From contig JBHYGA010000004.1 in NCBI GenBank assembly GCA_051859245.1, forward strand, positions 672,001-736,000: a stretch of DNA of 64,000 bases, written 5' to 3'. Origin of the DNA: Gemmatimonadaceae bacterium (GTDB lineage Bacteria > Gemmatimonadota > Gemmatimonadetes > Gemmatimonadales > Gemmatimonadaceae). Below the pieces are notes generated by a model that did not search any database, was not told the origin of the DNA, and was given only the letters and a program-made list of their open reading frames with translations. The position numbers and the translations under genes are program-made. This document shows positions 10,582 through 19,706 of the stretch, in pieces (the first letter of the stretch is position 1; each line of letters starts with the position of its first letter).

Positions 10582-11073
10582 ATGGGCACTGAGAGCTTCG
10601 CGCCGCTGCGTGTGGAGCGGGCGACGCTGCGTGATGTGGCGCAGATCAGCGCGCTCAACAATCTCTTTGCGCCCGACGGTCTCACCCTCCCGCGCAATGA
10701 AACCTTCGTCACGGCGCACGTTGACGACTACCGGATTATCCGCGCGGCCGACGGTTCTGTACTCGGCTGCGTAGCGCTCGACGAATACTCGCCAAGCCTG
10801 GTGGAGCTGGTGTCGCTCGCGGTGCTGCCGAAAGCGCAGCATCGGGGACTTGGCAAGCTGTTGATTGACGCCGCTTCAAATCTGGCCGAACGCCGTGGTT
10901 ATCCTGAGCTTTTCGCGGTGTCGCTCGCGGATCAGCTGTTTCTGCACATGGGGTTTGCGCAGTCGGGGCTTGAGCACTATCCCGAGAAGATTGCGCGCTA
11001 CGCCAAGATTTCCCGCTCAGAACTCTCGCTGAGCCGAAAGTTTCTTTTCGCGAAACATTTCAACGTGCAGTGA
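10582..11073 (+). CDS. GNAT acetyltransferase (short ArgA-like)
   Basis: LTLPR, ELVSLAV..AQHRGLGKLLI, LF..MGF. Confidence 0.8.
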   Translation: MGTESFAPLRVERATLRDVAQISALNNLFAPDGLTLPRNETFVTAHVDDYRIIRAADGSVLGCVALDEYSPSLVELVSLAVLPKAQHRGLGKLLIDAASNLAERRGYPELFAVSLADQLFLHMGFAQSGLEHYPEKIARYAKISRSELSLSRKFLFAKHFNVQ

Positions 11074-11103
11074 TACGCACTCACCTTTGACTGGCGCGGT
11101 GTT

Positions 11104-11373
11104 ATGGGTCCGGACGCTGATCTTGTCGTTATCCTGAGTTTTACCACGGCTATGGTGATCGGCTTTCCGATTGCGCGCGCGATTGCTCGGCGCATTGGCG
11201 CGAAGACGGAGCAGATCTCGCAGCAACTGCCGTCCAACCTTGAGGCCAAGCTGCAACGCATCGAGCAGATCACCGAGGCCACGCAGATCGAAGTGGAGCG
11301 CCTGGCTGAGGGTCAGCGATTTACGACCAGGCTGCTATCGGAGCGCTCGCCGAGCGAGGGTCGCGAGCGCTGA
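11104..11373 (+). CDS. Small single-TM protein with coiled-coil tail
   Basis: TM then IARAIARR..KLQRIEQ..IEVERLAEGQRFTTRLL; follows the GNAT gene in the same orientation. Confidence 0.7.
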   Translation: MGPDADLVVILSFTTAMVIGFPIARAIARRIGAKTEQISQQLPSNLEAKLQRIEQITEATQIEVERLAEGQRFTTRLLSERSPSEGRER

Positions 11374-11422
11374 GGCTACGGATGGCCGCGCGCGTCGCGA
11401 TTCCCCGACGACGACACGCAGC

Positions 11423-12172
11423 TTAGTCCCGCCGACCCTGCAAACGCGACAACAGCCGCAGCAGCTCGAGATACAACCAGATCAGTGTTACCATCAAGCC
11501 GAACGCTGCGAACCACTCCATCTGCTTGGGTGCGCGGGCGCGAACGCCTTCTTCAATGCGATCGAAGTCGAGCACGAGGTTGAGCGCCGCGACACCGGCA
11601 ATCACGAGGTTGATGCCAATCGACAGCGGACTCGACGACGTGAAGTAACCAATCGACACGCCAAAGAGCGACAGCAGCATGGAGCCGAGGTAGAACACGC
11701 CAATGCCGACGGTGGCCGCGATCATCATGCGCTGAAAACCCTGCGTCGCCCGCAGAATGTTCGCGCGATACAGAATGAACACGGTGAGCGCCACGGCGAA
11801 CGTCAGCATCACCGCCTGCTGCGGCAAGCCGGCAAACCGCAGGTTGTACATGGCCGACACCGCGCCCAGGAACACGCCCTGCAGCGAGGCGTAAATCGGA
11901 GCCGTGTACGGCGCCGTTTGCGGTTTGAAGGTGGCGATCATTGCCACGATGAAACCGCCGATGCCGCCAATGAGCATGGCTGGCGTGATCAGTTCAGTGC
12001 GACCGGCGTTGATCTGATTCCAGAACAGCGTCGCCGAAAAGAGCACGATCGCGAGCATGATCGTGGCCTTGGTGGCGGTTCCGGCGATCGTCATTGATTC
12101 CGACTGCGTGGCCGCGACGGTGGTACGTGCGACTTCGGTCAGTCGGGAAAGCATCGGATTACTGGTGCGCAT
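11423..12172 (-). CDS. Bax inhibitor-1 / YccA family membrane protein
   Basis: SNPML, MTIAGT..K, NLVLDFDRIE..APK.MEWFAAFGLMVTLIWLYLELLRLL; about 7 TM. Confidence 0.9.
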   Translation of the reverse strand: MRTSNPMLSRLTEVARTTVAATQSESMTIAGTATKATIMLAIVLFSATLFWNQINAGRTELITPAMLIGGIGGFIVAMIATFKPQTAPYTAPIYASLQGVFLGAVSAMYNLRFAGLPQQAVMLTFAVALTVFILYRANILRATQGFQRMMIAATVGIGVFYLGSMLLSLFGVSIGYFTSSSPLSIGINLVIAGVAALNLVLDFDRIEEGVRARAPKQMEWFAAFGLMVTLIWLYLELLRLLSRLQGRRD

Positions 12173-12273
12173 GCATTGCTCGGGCTAGGGACCAACGACA
12201 ACGACAGTACCTGAATCTACTGGTACACCGATGCGCCTCCCAGTGTGGCGCGGCGGACGAACAGGGTGTGGAC

Positions 12274-12295
12274 GGACGAACTTTCGTCCTATACT
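12274..12295 (+). promoter_or_regulatory. 7-2-7 palindrome GGACGAA-CT-TTCGTCC abutting a TATACT -10-like hexamer
   Basis: Perfect inverted repeat in the divergent intergenic region; an extra GGACGAAC half-site lies about 20 bp upstream. Confidence 0.45.
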
Positions 12296-12370
12296 TCAGG
12301 TATGCTGCTGCTGACGCGGGAGTAGAATACCTGCCGTCCGCGTCTGCGTTTGCCTCCTGCCTACCGTCCT

Positions 12371-14692
12371 ATGCGCCCGTTGTTTGCCGCTGTTGCTTTC
12401 GCTGCCGTCGCCGCTGTGTCCGCCGGCGCGCAGGCCCCCCGCCAACTCTCCGCCGACGATTATGCGCGCGCGGAACGCATGCTGGCCGCCAGTACGACGC
12501 CGCTCGTAGCTGGCACCGCCGGACGGGCCACCTGGCTGCCCGATGGGCGGTTCTGGTATCGTGCGGTGACGAACGATGGGAGCGAGTTCGTGCTGGTCAG
12601 TCCGACGCGTCGGACCCGGGAGCCGGCGTTTGATCACGCGCGGCTGGCCGCAGCGCTGAGCTCCGTGAGCGGAACGGCCGTTGACGCGAAGCGTCTGCCG
12701 TTTCCTACGATTGACCTTGCGGCAGACGCGCGCGCGGTCACCGTGGCCGTGCGCGGGCGGAGCTTCCGGTGCGACCTCTCGGCGTACACGTGTGCCGAAG
12801 CGCCCCGCACAACGCCGGCGCCACCGAACTCTCGTGTCTCACCCGATGGTCGCACGGCGGTGTTCATTCGCGCCCACAATCTGTGGTCGAAGGATCTCAC
12901 GAGCGGCACGGAAACGCAGCTCACGACCGATGGCATCGAGGAGTTCGGTTACGCCACCGACAATGCCGGCTGGACGCACAGCGCGAATCCGATTGTGAGC
13001 TGGTCAGAAGACGGTAAGCGCATTGCCACGTTTCAGCACGACGGACGCGGCGTGACGGATATGCACCTCGTGTCGACGAAAGTCGGGAACCCGGTGCTGC
13101 AGAGCTGGAAGTATCCGTTGCCAGGTGACAGCGTGATCTTTCGCATCTCGCGTGTGATCATCAATCGTGATGCCGCAGGCAAGCCGCAGGTTGTTCGCCT
13201 GCAAATGCCGCCCGATGCGCACCGCTCCACCGTGTCCGACCATATCGCGTGCGGCGGCGCGATCTGCGATTTGCAGTGGTACGCGGACGGATCCAAGGTC
13301 GCCTTCATCTCGAGCTCGCGTGATCACAAGCATGCGTGGTTGCGCATTGCCGACGCCAACACCGGTGTGGTGCGCACCGTGCTCAAGGAAGAGAACGCCA
13401 CGCAGATTGGTGACGCATCACTCGCTGAGAATCTGTGGCGCGTGCTGACCAACTCGAACGAACTCATCTGGTGGTCGCAGCGCGACAACTGGGTGCATTT
13501 GTATCTCTACGATCTCACCACGGGTGTCCTCAAGAACCGTATTACGGTGGGCGATGGCAATGTGACGGAGATTGTGCGCATTGACGAGAAGTCGCGCACG
13601 ATCTGGTTTACGGCGGTCGGCAAAGAAACCGGGCGTGATCCGTACTACACGCACTTCTATCGCATCGGGTTTGACGGCAAGCGCCAAGCGTTGCTCACGC
13701 CGGAAGATGCCAATCACACTATTTCGTTGTCGCCCGATGGACGGTACTTCACCGACACGTATTCGACGCCCACCACGCCACCGGTGACGGTGCTGCGTGA
13801 TGCGAATGGCAAACTGGTGCGCGAACTTGAGCGTGCTGACGTAACGCGTTTGCTCGCCTCTGGTTGGAAGCCACCCACCCCGGTGCGCATGAAGGCGCGT
13901 GACGGGCAGACCGACATCTACGGCTTGATGTTCACGCCGTCACAGCTGGACTCCACGCGCAAGTATCCGATCATCAACTACATCTACCCGGGACCGCAGT
14001 CGGGGAGCGTGGGATCGCGCAGCTTTACCCCCGCGCGCAATGATCATCAGGCGCTGGCTGAACTCGGATTTATTGTGGTCGCGATTGATGGCATGGGCAC
14101 ACCGGGTCGATCCAAGTCGTTCCACGACTTTTACTACGGTCGCATGAACGACAACACGATTCCGGATCAGGTCGCCGGCATGAAGGAGTTGGCGTCACGT
14201 TACCCGTTTATTGATATCGACAAGGCGGGCATGTGGGGGCATTCGGGCGGCGGGTTCGCCACGGCCGCCGCCATGTTCAGCGCGCCGGACTTTTTCAAGG
14301 TCGGCATTTCTGAGTCGGGCAATCACGACAATCGCAACTACGAAGACGATTGGGGCGAGCGGTATCAGGGGTTACTGGTGCGCAACGGCGACAGCGACAA
14401 CTACGCGGCCGAAGCGAACCAGACGCACGTGTCCAAGCTCAAGGGCAAGCTCTTTCTGATTCACGGCATGATGGACGACAACGTCCCGCCGTCGAACACG
14501 CTGCTCGTGGCCGATGCACTGATGAAGGCCGGCAAGGATTTTGATCTGCTGATGCTGCCGAACGCGCGTCACGGATTTGGTGCTGATGGCCCGTACATCA
14601 TGCGCCGTCGCTGGGACTATTTCGTGCAGCATTTGCAGGGTAACATTCCGCCGAAGGAATATCAGATCGGACGCCCGCGCATCGTCCCGTAA
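12371..14692 (+). CDS. Secreted S9 dipeptidyl-peptidase IV-like serine peptidase
   Basis: Signal peptide ending AGAQ, DPP-IV propeller region, IYPGPQ, GMWGHSGGG, DDNV, RHGF. Confidence 0.93.
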   Translation: MRPLFAAVAFAAVAAVSAGAQAPRQLSADDYARAERMLAASTTPLVAGTAGRATWLPDGRFWYRAVTNDGSEFVLVSPTRRTREPAFDHARLAAALSSVSGTAVDAKRLPFPTIDLAADARAVTVAVRGRSFRCDLSAYTCAEAPRTTPAPPNSRVSPDGRTAVFIRAHNLWSKDLTSGTETQLTTDGIEEFGYATDNAGWTHSANPIVSWSEDGKRIATFQHDGRGVTDMHLVSTKVGNPVLQSWKYPLPGDSVIFRISRVIINRDAAGKPQVVRLQMPPDAHRSTVSDHIACGGAICDLQWYADGSKVAFISSSRDHKHAWLRIADANTGVVRTVLKEENATQIGDASLAENLWRVLTNSNELIWWSQRDNWVHLYLYDLTTGVLKNRITVGDGNVTEIVRIDEKSRTIWFTAVGKETGRDPYYTHFYRIGFDGKRQALLTPEDANHTISLSPDGRYFTDTYSTPTTPPVTVLRDANGKLVRELERADVTRLLASGWKPPTPVRMKARDGQTDIYGLMFTPSQLDSTRKYPIINYIYPGPQSGSVGSRSFTPARNDHQALAELGFIVVAIDGMGTPGRSKSFHDFYYGRMNDNTIPDQVAGMKELASRYPFIDIDKAGMWGHSGGGFATAAAMFSAPDFFKVGISESGNHDNRNYEDDWGERYQGLLVRNGDSDNYAAEANQTHVSKLKGKLFLIHGMMDDNVPPSNTLLVADALMKAGKDFDLLMLPNARHGFGADGPYIMRRRWDYFVQHLQGNIPPKEYQIGRPRIVP

Positions 14693-14708
14693 AAAAGCAT
14701 CTGCAGTT

Positions 14709-14766
14709 TTCGCGTCTTTTCTTTGGCCCTTCTTCGCGCGAAGAAGGGCAACAGAAAAGACGCGAA
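14709..14766. terminator. Long hairpin between convergent genes; bidirectional terminator or REP-like element
   Basis: TTCGCGTCTTTTCT..GCCCTTCTTCGC/GCGAAGAAGGGC..AGAAAAGACGCGAA. Confidence 0.6.
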
Positions 14767-14788
14767 GAAAAGCAAAAGCGAACGGCGT

Positions 14789-16660
14789 TTACGGAGTGAT
14801 CGTGACCGGCGCAGTCGCGACACCACCACGCGTGCTGCTCACGCGGGCGGTCATCGTGGCCGGCTGACCAGCCGGCACACGCACCCGCACCGTGAATACG
14901 CGCGATTCAAAGCCGTTCAGGAAGAACTCGGTGTTGCGCCCCACCGCGCGTGCCGTTGAGCCGCCGGTGCCCTGCAGTGTGAGCACATCAGGCCGCACAA
15001 TCTTCACACGCTTGGCCTGCTCAAGCGCAGTCGGAATGCGACCGGTGTTTTTGACGGTGACTTTCACTTCGTGCGTGGCCGAATCGGACGACGCGCGCAC
15101 TTTGTTCACCGCCACGTTGCTGATTTCAAGCGTTGGCAGATCGAGGGCCATGGCAAGATTGAATCGTGCCTGCCGACCGGCCCACTTTTCCAGTACTTCG
15201 GGCGGTCCGTTCTGCGACCAGAACTTGGGGTCCATGCCGCCCACTTCGACGTCGCCAAGTTCAGGATGAATGGCCTTGGTCCACGGCTGGAAGCAGCGTC
15301 CGCCAAACTCTTCGTCGCAGTAGCGCAGCACTTCGTACTGGTCCCAGCGTCCGTCGCCGTTGTAATCACGTTCACGACCACCGTTCCAGAGTTCATCACC
15401 GTACCAGATCTGGCCCATCTGGAAATAACCAAAATCGGGACCGTGTCCAAAGAGCGGTTGCGGCGTGCCTTCGCCCGGTGGTGAAAAGCGCGTCGCGTAG
15501 GTGCGATATACGTTGCCAGCCCAGGGATACTGCGTGTGCGAGAGGCCAACGGAATCGTAATGCTGCAACAGCTTCAGATCTGACGGAAACACGCACTCGC
15601 TGTCTTCGCAGGTACTCGGCCCGCGCAAATGCATGGGCACCTGCGTGTCCATGGAGTTGGTGACGCTGATGTTCGGATGATTCACCTGCCACAAGAATAC
15701 AGAGCGCGTCTCAGGCTCTGAGAGCGGAAACTCACCGGCGCCGCCCTGTGTGAATCCGCGACCGGTGGCTTCACGTTCCGGACGCCAGTTGTACGGATAG
15801 TTGCGATGCAAGTCGAGGCCGCCTACACCGTCTTCGTTCACCCGTCCGTCTTTGTCGTTGTCGACGCCTTCCGCCATCACGAGATAGTCGCCGTTGCCAG
15901 CACCAACCGCGCGCATCAGGCGACCCTTCTTGTCCATCGTGTCCACAACGTGCGTGCCTTTACCGGCACCGACAAACTTGCGCATCTGACGCGAGTGGCC
16001 GTCGCCGTCGAGATCTTCGGCGGGATCTTCATCAAACAGTCCGTCGCCGTCGTTGTCCTGCGGGCGCACTGAGCTACGATTGGCTTGCGCGGTGAGTTTG
16101 TACATATCCGCGCCGTCCGGATTGTTATTCGGACGCAGATAGATCGCCTTGGTATCGAGCAGCTTGGTGATCTGCGGATCTTTTCCGTAGTTCTCCACGA
16201 GGTGCCACGCGAGCCACAGCACACTTTCGCTGGCGGTGATTTCGCCGGAGTGACGCCCGCCTTCAAAAAAGGCCGCCGGTTTGTCGGAGTGCTTGCCGGT
16301 CGCTGTGTTCGTGAGTGTCATCTGCCAGATGGTCTGAGCTCCAAACGACGTACCCACTTCGTAGAGCTGCACAATCTCCGGCTTTTCCTTTGCCCAGCGC
16401 TGCATCCAGTAGTTGATCTCTTCGGTGGTGTGATAGTGCTCAAAATCCATCACGCCCCACTGCTTGGGCTGCATCTCCTTGTAGTTTGCGAGCGGAAACA
16501 TGCTCACACCATCGCGCTGACCGGGAACGATGAGGACCTTGCGCGCCGTATCGCGTGGTGCTTGCGCACCGCCGCCAGCGCCTCGCTGCGCGATGACTGG
16601 TGAGGAGAGCAGCGCGATGGCAATGCACGCAGTCGCGACGTGAATCGACGGTGTTTTCAT
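14789..16660 (-). CDS. Secreted M14 family metallocarboxypeptidase with DxDxDG Ca-binding inserts
   Basis: Signal peptide, GGRHSGE (HxxE), NNPDG, DLHRNYP, PLSEPET, DNDGDG/DLDGDG/DNDKDG repeats. Start moved to ATG 16660. Confidence 0.88.
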   Translation of the reverse strand: MKTPSIHVATACIAIALLSSPVIAQRGAGGGAQAPRDTARKVLIVPGQRDGVSMFPLANYKEMQPKQWGVMDFEHYHTTEEINYWMQRWAKEKPEIVQLYEVGTSFGAQTIWQMTLTNTATGKHSDKPAAFFEGGRHSGEITASESVLWLAWHLVENYGKDPQITKLLDTKAIYLRPNNNPDGADMYKLTAQANRSSVRPQDNDGDGLFDEDPAEDLDGDGHSRQMRKFVGAGKGTHVVDTMDKKGRLMRAVGAGNGDYLVMAEGVDNDKDGRVNEDGVGGLDLHRNYPYNWRPEREATGRGFTQGGAGEFPLSEPETRSVFLWQVNHPNISVTNSMDTQVPMHLRGPSTCEDSECVFPSDLKLLQHYDSVGLSHTQYPWAGNVYRTYATRFSPPGEGTPQPLFGHGPDFGYFQMGQIWYGDELWNGGRERDYNGDGRWDQYEVLRYCDEEFGGRCFQPWTKAIHPELGDVEVGGMDPKFWSQNGPPEVLEKWAGRQARFNLAMALDLPTLEISNVAVNKVRASSDSATHEVKVTVKNTGRIPTALEQAKRVKIVRPDVLTLQGTGGSTARAVGRNTEFFLNGFESRVFTVRVRVPAGQPATMTARVSSTRGGVATAPVTITP

Positions 16661-16787
16661 AAGAACGCGGGACGGAAGTGGCGGGGAGATCACGCAACAG
16701 GACAACGGGACCCTAGCATGCGTGCTTGTGCAACCTACGTCCAGCACCGCCCGGGCGTTCGGCGAGCGGAGCGTGTGTGACCGCTGG

Positions 16788-16816
16788 TTGCTCCACCTGC
16801 GGAAAGCGCTCATACT
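16788..16816 (+). promoter_or_regulatory. Sigma70-like promoter candidate for the M28-M23 operon
   Basis: TTGCTC-N17-CATACT about 40 bp upstream of ATG 16856. Confidence 0.4.
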
Positions 16817-16855
16817 CCACACACGCACCACGCCCTCCTCTTTCAGAGACATATC

Positions 16856-18349
16856 ATGCTGCGATCCACGGCTGTAGCGCTCCTGCTCCTGAGTCTTGCG
16901 GACACTGGTCGTCTCGCGGCGCAAGCGGCCACGCCACGCGCGATGTCTGCGATTACGCAGGCCGATCTGCAGCGCGATCTCACGCTGCTCGGCGGCGATG
17001 GCATGCGCGGACGAGAAGCCGGTACGATTGACGAACTCAAGGCGTCGGTGTGGCTGGCGGAGCAACTGCGCGCCATTGGCGTGGAGCCCATGGGAGATGC
17101 GGGCTCGTACTTTCAGTGGTTCAACCTGCGACGCACGCGTGTGGGTGCGTCAAGCCTCGTGCGTATCGGCACGCGCGACTTGCTGATGTGGCGTGATGTG
17201 GCCGTGACGGGAACCGCTCCGGCGGATGTATCAGGCGCTACGGTGTGGGCCGGCGACGGACGCGATACTACGATCGACGTGCGCGGAAAAATCGCGCTGG
17301 CGCAACTTGTGGCGCCGCCAGCTGGTGGGCGGCAAACGAGCGTGAACTCGCCGGAGTATCGATACGCGCGCTCCGCGATGCAGTCGCTCGGTTTTGCACT
17401 CACACGACGCGGCGCCATCGCGGTGATGTTGATTGCTGATTCCACCGCGCAGATCGCTTTCGAGGGGATCTCGAACATCGGGTCGCGCGGCGGGTATCGA
17501 CTGGATGACCCGCAAGCAGCGGTGCGCGCACCGGGCAGCAGTGCGCCGGTTTTTCTTGTGCAGCGCGCTCTGGGTGCCGAGCTGCGCGCAGCGGCCGGAC
17601 AGCCGGCGCTCATCCGGCTGCATCAGGAGTCGTTTACGTATCCATCGGTAAACATTGTGGGACGAATCACGGGAACCGACGCGCAGTTACGCAACGAGTA
17701 CGTGCTGTTCAGCAGTCACCAGGATCATGATGGGGTGCGCTACGATGTGGCCGGTGATTCCGTCTGGAACGGTGCGGACGACAATGGTACCACCAGTGTG
17801 GCGCTGCTCGCGATCGCACGTGCGTTCAAACAACAGCCCGCGCGTCGGTCGGCGCTGTTCGTGTATCACGGAGCGGAAGAGCGCGGATTGATCGGATCAA
17901 ACCATCACGTGCGAAATCCGGTGGTACCGCTCACGAGTATTGTAGCGGTCCTCAATGGCGACATGCTGGGGCGAAACAATCCGGACTCTGCCGCGTTGCT
18001 CGGCAGCCAGCCGCCGCATCGGAACTCAACCGAACTCGTGACAATGGCGCTGCAAGCCAATGAGCGAACGGGTCGCTTTGCCATTGACTCACTTTGGGAT
18101 CGGCCCACGCATCCAGAAGGCTGGTATTTCCGCTCCGACCATTTGCCGTATGCGCGCGCCAATGTGCCGGCGTTGTTTTTCAGCAGCAACCTGCATCCGG
18201 AGTATCACACGCCGCGTGATGCACCAGAAACAATTGACTACGCCAAGCTCACGCGCATGACGCAGTGGTTTTACATGACCGGATGGATGGTGGCGAATAC
18301 CACCAAACGTCCGTCACTCGATACCGGGTTTCGACTTGAACGTGAATGA
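16856..18349 (+). CDS. Secreted M28 family peptidase with PA-like insert
   Basis: SSHQDHDG, NGADDNGT, GAEERGLIGS, LNGDMLGR, RSDHLPY, YHTPRD. Confidence 0.93.
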   Translation: MLRSTAVALLLLSLADTGRLAAQAATPRAMSAITQADLQRDLTLLGGDGMRGREAGTIDELKASVWLAEQLRAIGVEPMGDAGSYFQWFNLRRTRVGASSLVRIGTRDLLMWRDVAVTGTAPADVSGATVWAGDGRDTTIDVRGKIALAQLVAPPAGGRQTSVNSPEYRYARSAMQSLGFALTRRGAIAVMLIADSTAQIAFEGISNIGSRGGYRLDDPQAAVRAPGSSAPVFLVQRALGAELRAAAGQPALIRLHQESFTYPSVNIVGRITGTDAQLRNEYVLFSSHQDHDGVRYDVAGDSVWNGADDNGTTSVALLAIARAFKQQPARRSALFVYHGAEERGLIGSNHHVRNPVVPLTSIVAVLNGDMLGRNNPDSAALLGSQPPHRNSTELVTMALQANERTGRFAIDSLWDRPTHPEGWYFRSDHLPYARANVPALFFSSNLHPEYHTPRDAPETIDYAKLTRMTQWFYMTGWMVANTTKRPSLDTGFRLERE

Positions 18350-19521
18350 ATAGAGTTGGCGTGCTCCTTTGCGTGCTGCTCGCTGGGTGCAGCGTTGGTG
18401 AGCGTTTGCTCGACGATGTGCGGGCGGAACCGGCCACGGCGCACGAGCGGTACGCACGAGCGCTGACGGACGCCGGTCTGGACACCACGGCACTTGGCGC
18501 GGAGTGGCTCGCGGCAAGTGACAGCGCGTTGCGGGCGCCGCTTGTTGCACCACTCCCCTCGCGCGAAGTTGGTGCGTACACGCGTAGCGAGGCTCGAGCC
18601 GTGGCGCATCGTGTTTCACTTCGTCGCGGTCAGAAGTTGCAGGCGACCGTGCGTGTAACGGGGTTGCCAGCGCGGCTGTACCTCGATGTGTTTGAAGTCA
18701 CCGCTGACACCGCGCGACCGTTTGCGCATCGCGCCACCGCGGACACGCTCGTCGCGCGCGACAGCGTCGGGTTCTCCATCACGCTGGCGTACGAAGCCGA
18801 GGACGACGGCGACTTCGTGGTTCGCCTGCAGCCTGAATTGCTCCGCACCGGGCGCTATGAACTCACGCTCGAAGCCGAACCTGGCATGCTGTTTCCTGTT
18901 CAGGGCAGTACGAATCGCGCGATTCAAAGTCTTTTCGGAGTCGAGCGTGATGGTGGGCGACGCGCACACCATGGCATCGACATTTTTGCACCTCGTGGTA
19001 CGCCCGTACTGGCCGCCACTGACGGCGTGGTGCGCAGTATTTCCCCGAACAATCTCGGTGGCAACGTGGTGTGGTTGCTCGACGAACGTCGTCGCCAATC
19101 GTTGTATTATGCGCATCTCGAATCACATCATGTGGTAGCCGGGCAGCGTGTGCGCGCTGGTGACACGCTCGGATTTGTTGGCAACTCCGGAAACGCGCGA
19201 ACCACGGCGCCGCATTTGCACTTTGGCATCTATCGGCGAGGGCGCGGTCCCATCGATCCGCTTTGGTTCGTGCGGCTCGTGACTGCTGATCCGCCGCGCG
19301 TGGTCGCCGATACCGCTCGCCTGGGACGTCCGGCGGTTACTCGGCTCGCGGGTGTCACGCTGCGCGAGGGGCCCGGCACCAACAGTCCCGCGGTTCGGGA
19401 GCTGCCGCGCGATACACCGTTGCAGATCATGGGCGCGAGTGCGCAGTGGTACCGCGTGCAGTTTGAAGACGGGACGAGCGGCTACCTGTCGGCTGGCGCC
19501 GTGCGTTCCGTCGACGAGTAG
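18346..19521 (+). CDS. M23 peptidase lipoprotein with C-terminal SH3b-like domain
   Basis: Lipobox LAGC; HHGIDIFAPRGTPV, YYAHL, PHLHFGIY; LREGPGT..WYRVQFEDG.SGY. Confidence 0.92.
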   Translation: MNRVGVLLCVLLAGCSVGERLLDDVRAEPATAHERYARALTDAGLDTTALGAEWLAASDSALRAPLVAPLPSREVGAYTRSEARAVAHRVSLRRGQKLQATVRVTGLPARLYLDVFEVTADTARPFAHRATADTLVARDSVGFSITLAYEAEDDGDFVVRLQPELLRTGRYELTLEAEPGMLFPVQGSTNRAIQSLFGVERDGGRRAHHGIDIFAPRGTPVLAATDGVVRSISPNNLGGNVVWLLDERRRQSLYYAHLESHHVVAGQRVRAGDTLGFVGNSGNARTTAPHLHFGIYRRGRGPIDPLWFVRLVTADPPRVVADTARLGRPAVTRLAGVTLREGPGTNSPAVRELPRDTPLQIMGASAQWYRVQFEDGTSGYLSAGAVRSVDE

Positions 19522-19706
19522 GCGGCTACCGCACGGCCGGGTTCGTACGACAGACGGGCGGCGCGCCGACACGATCACGGGTCTGACGCGAGAAAGATCG
19601 CCGTTGCCCTGCCGCTCGCGCGGTCGCGGCGTTATCTCTGGCGGGTTGCCTGCGGTCGCGCGTTCACATTGCGTCGTCCGTCCTCCCCGCCTCTCCTCCC
19701 CGCCGA

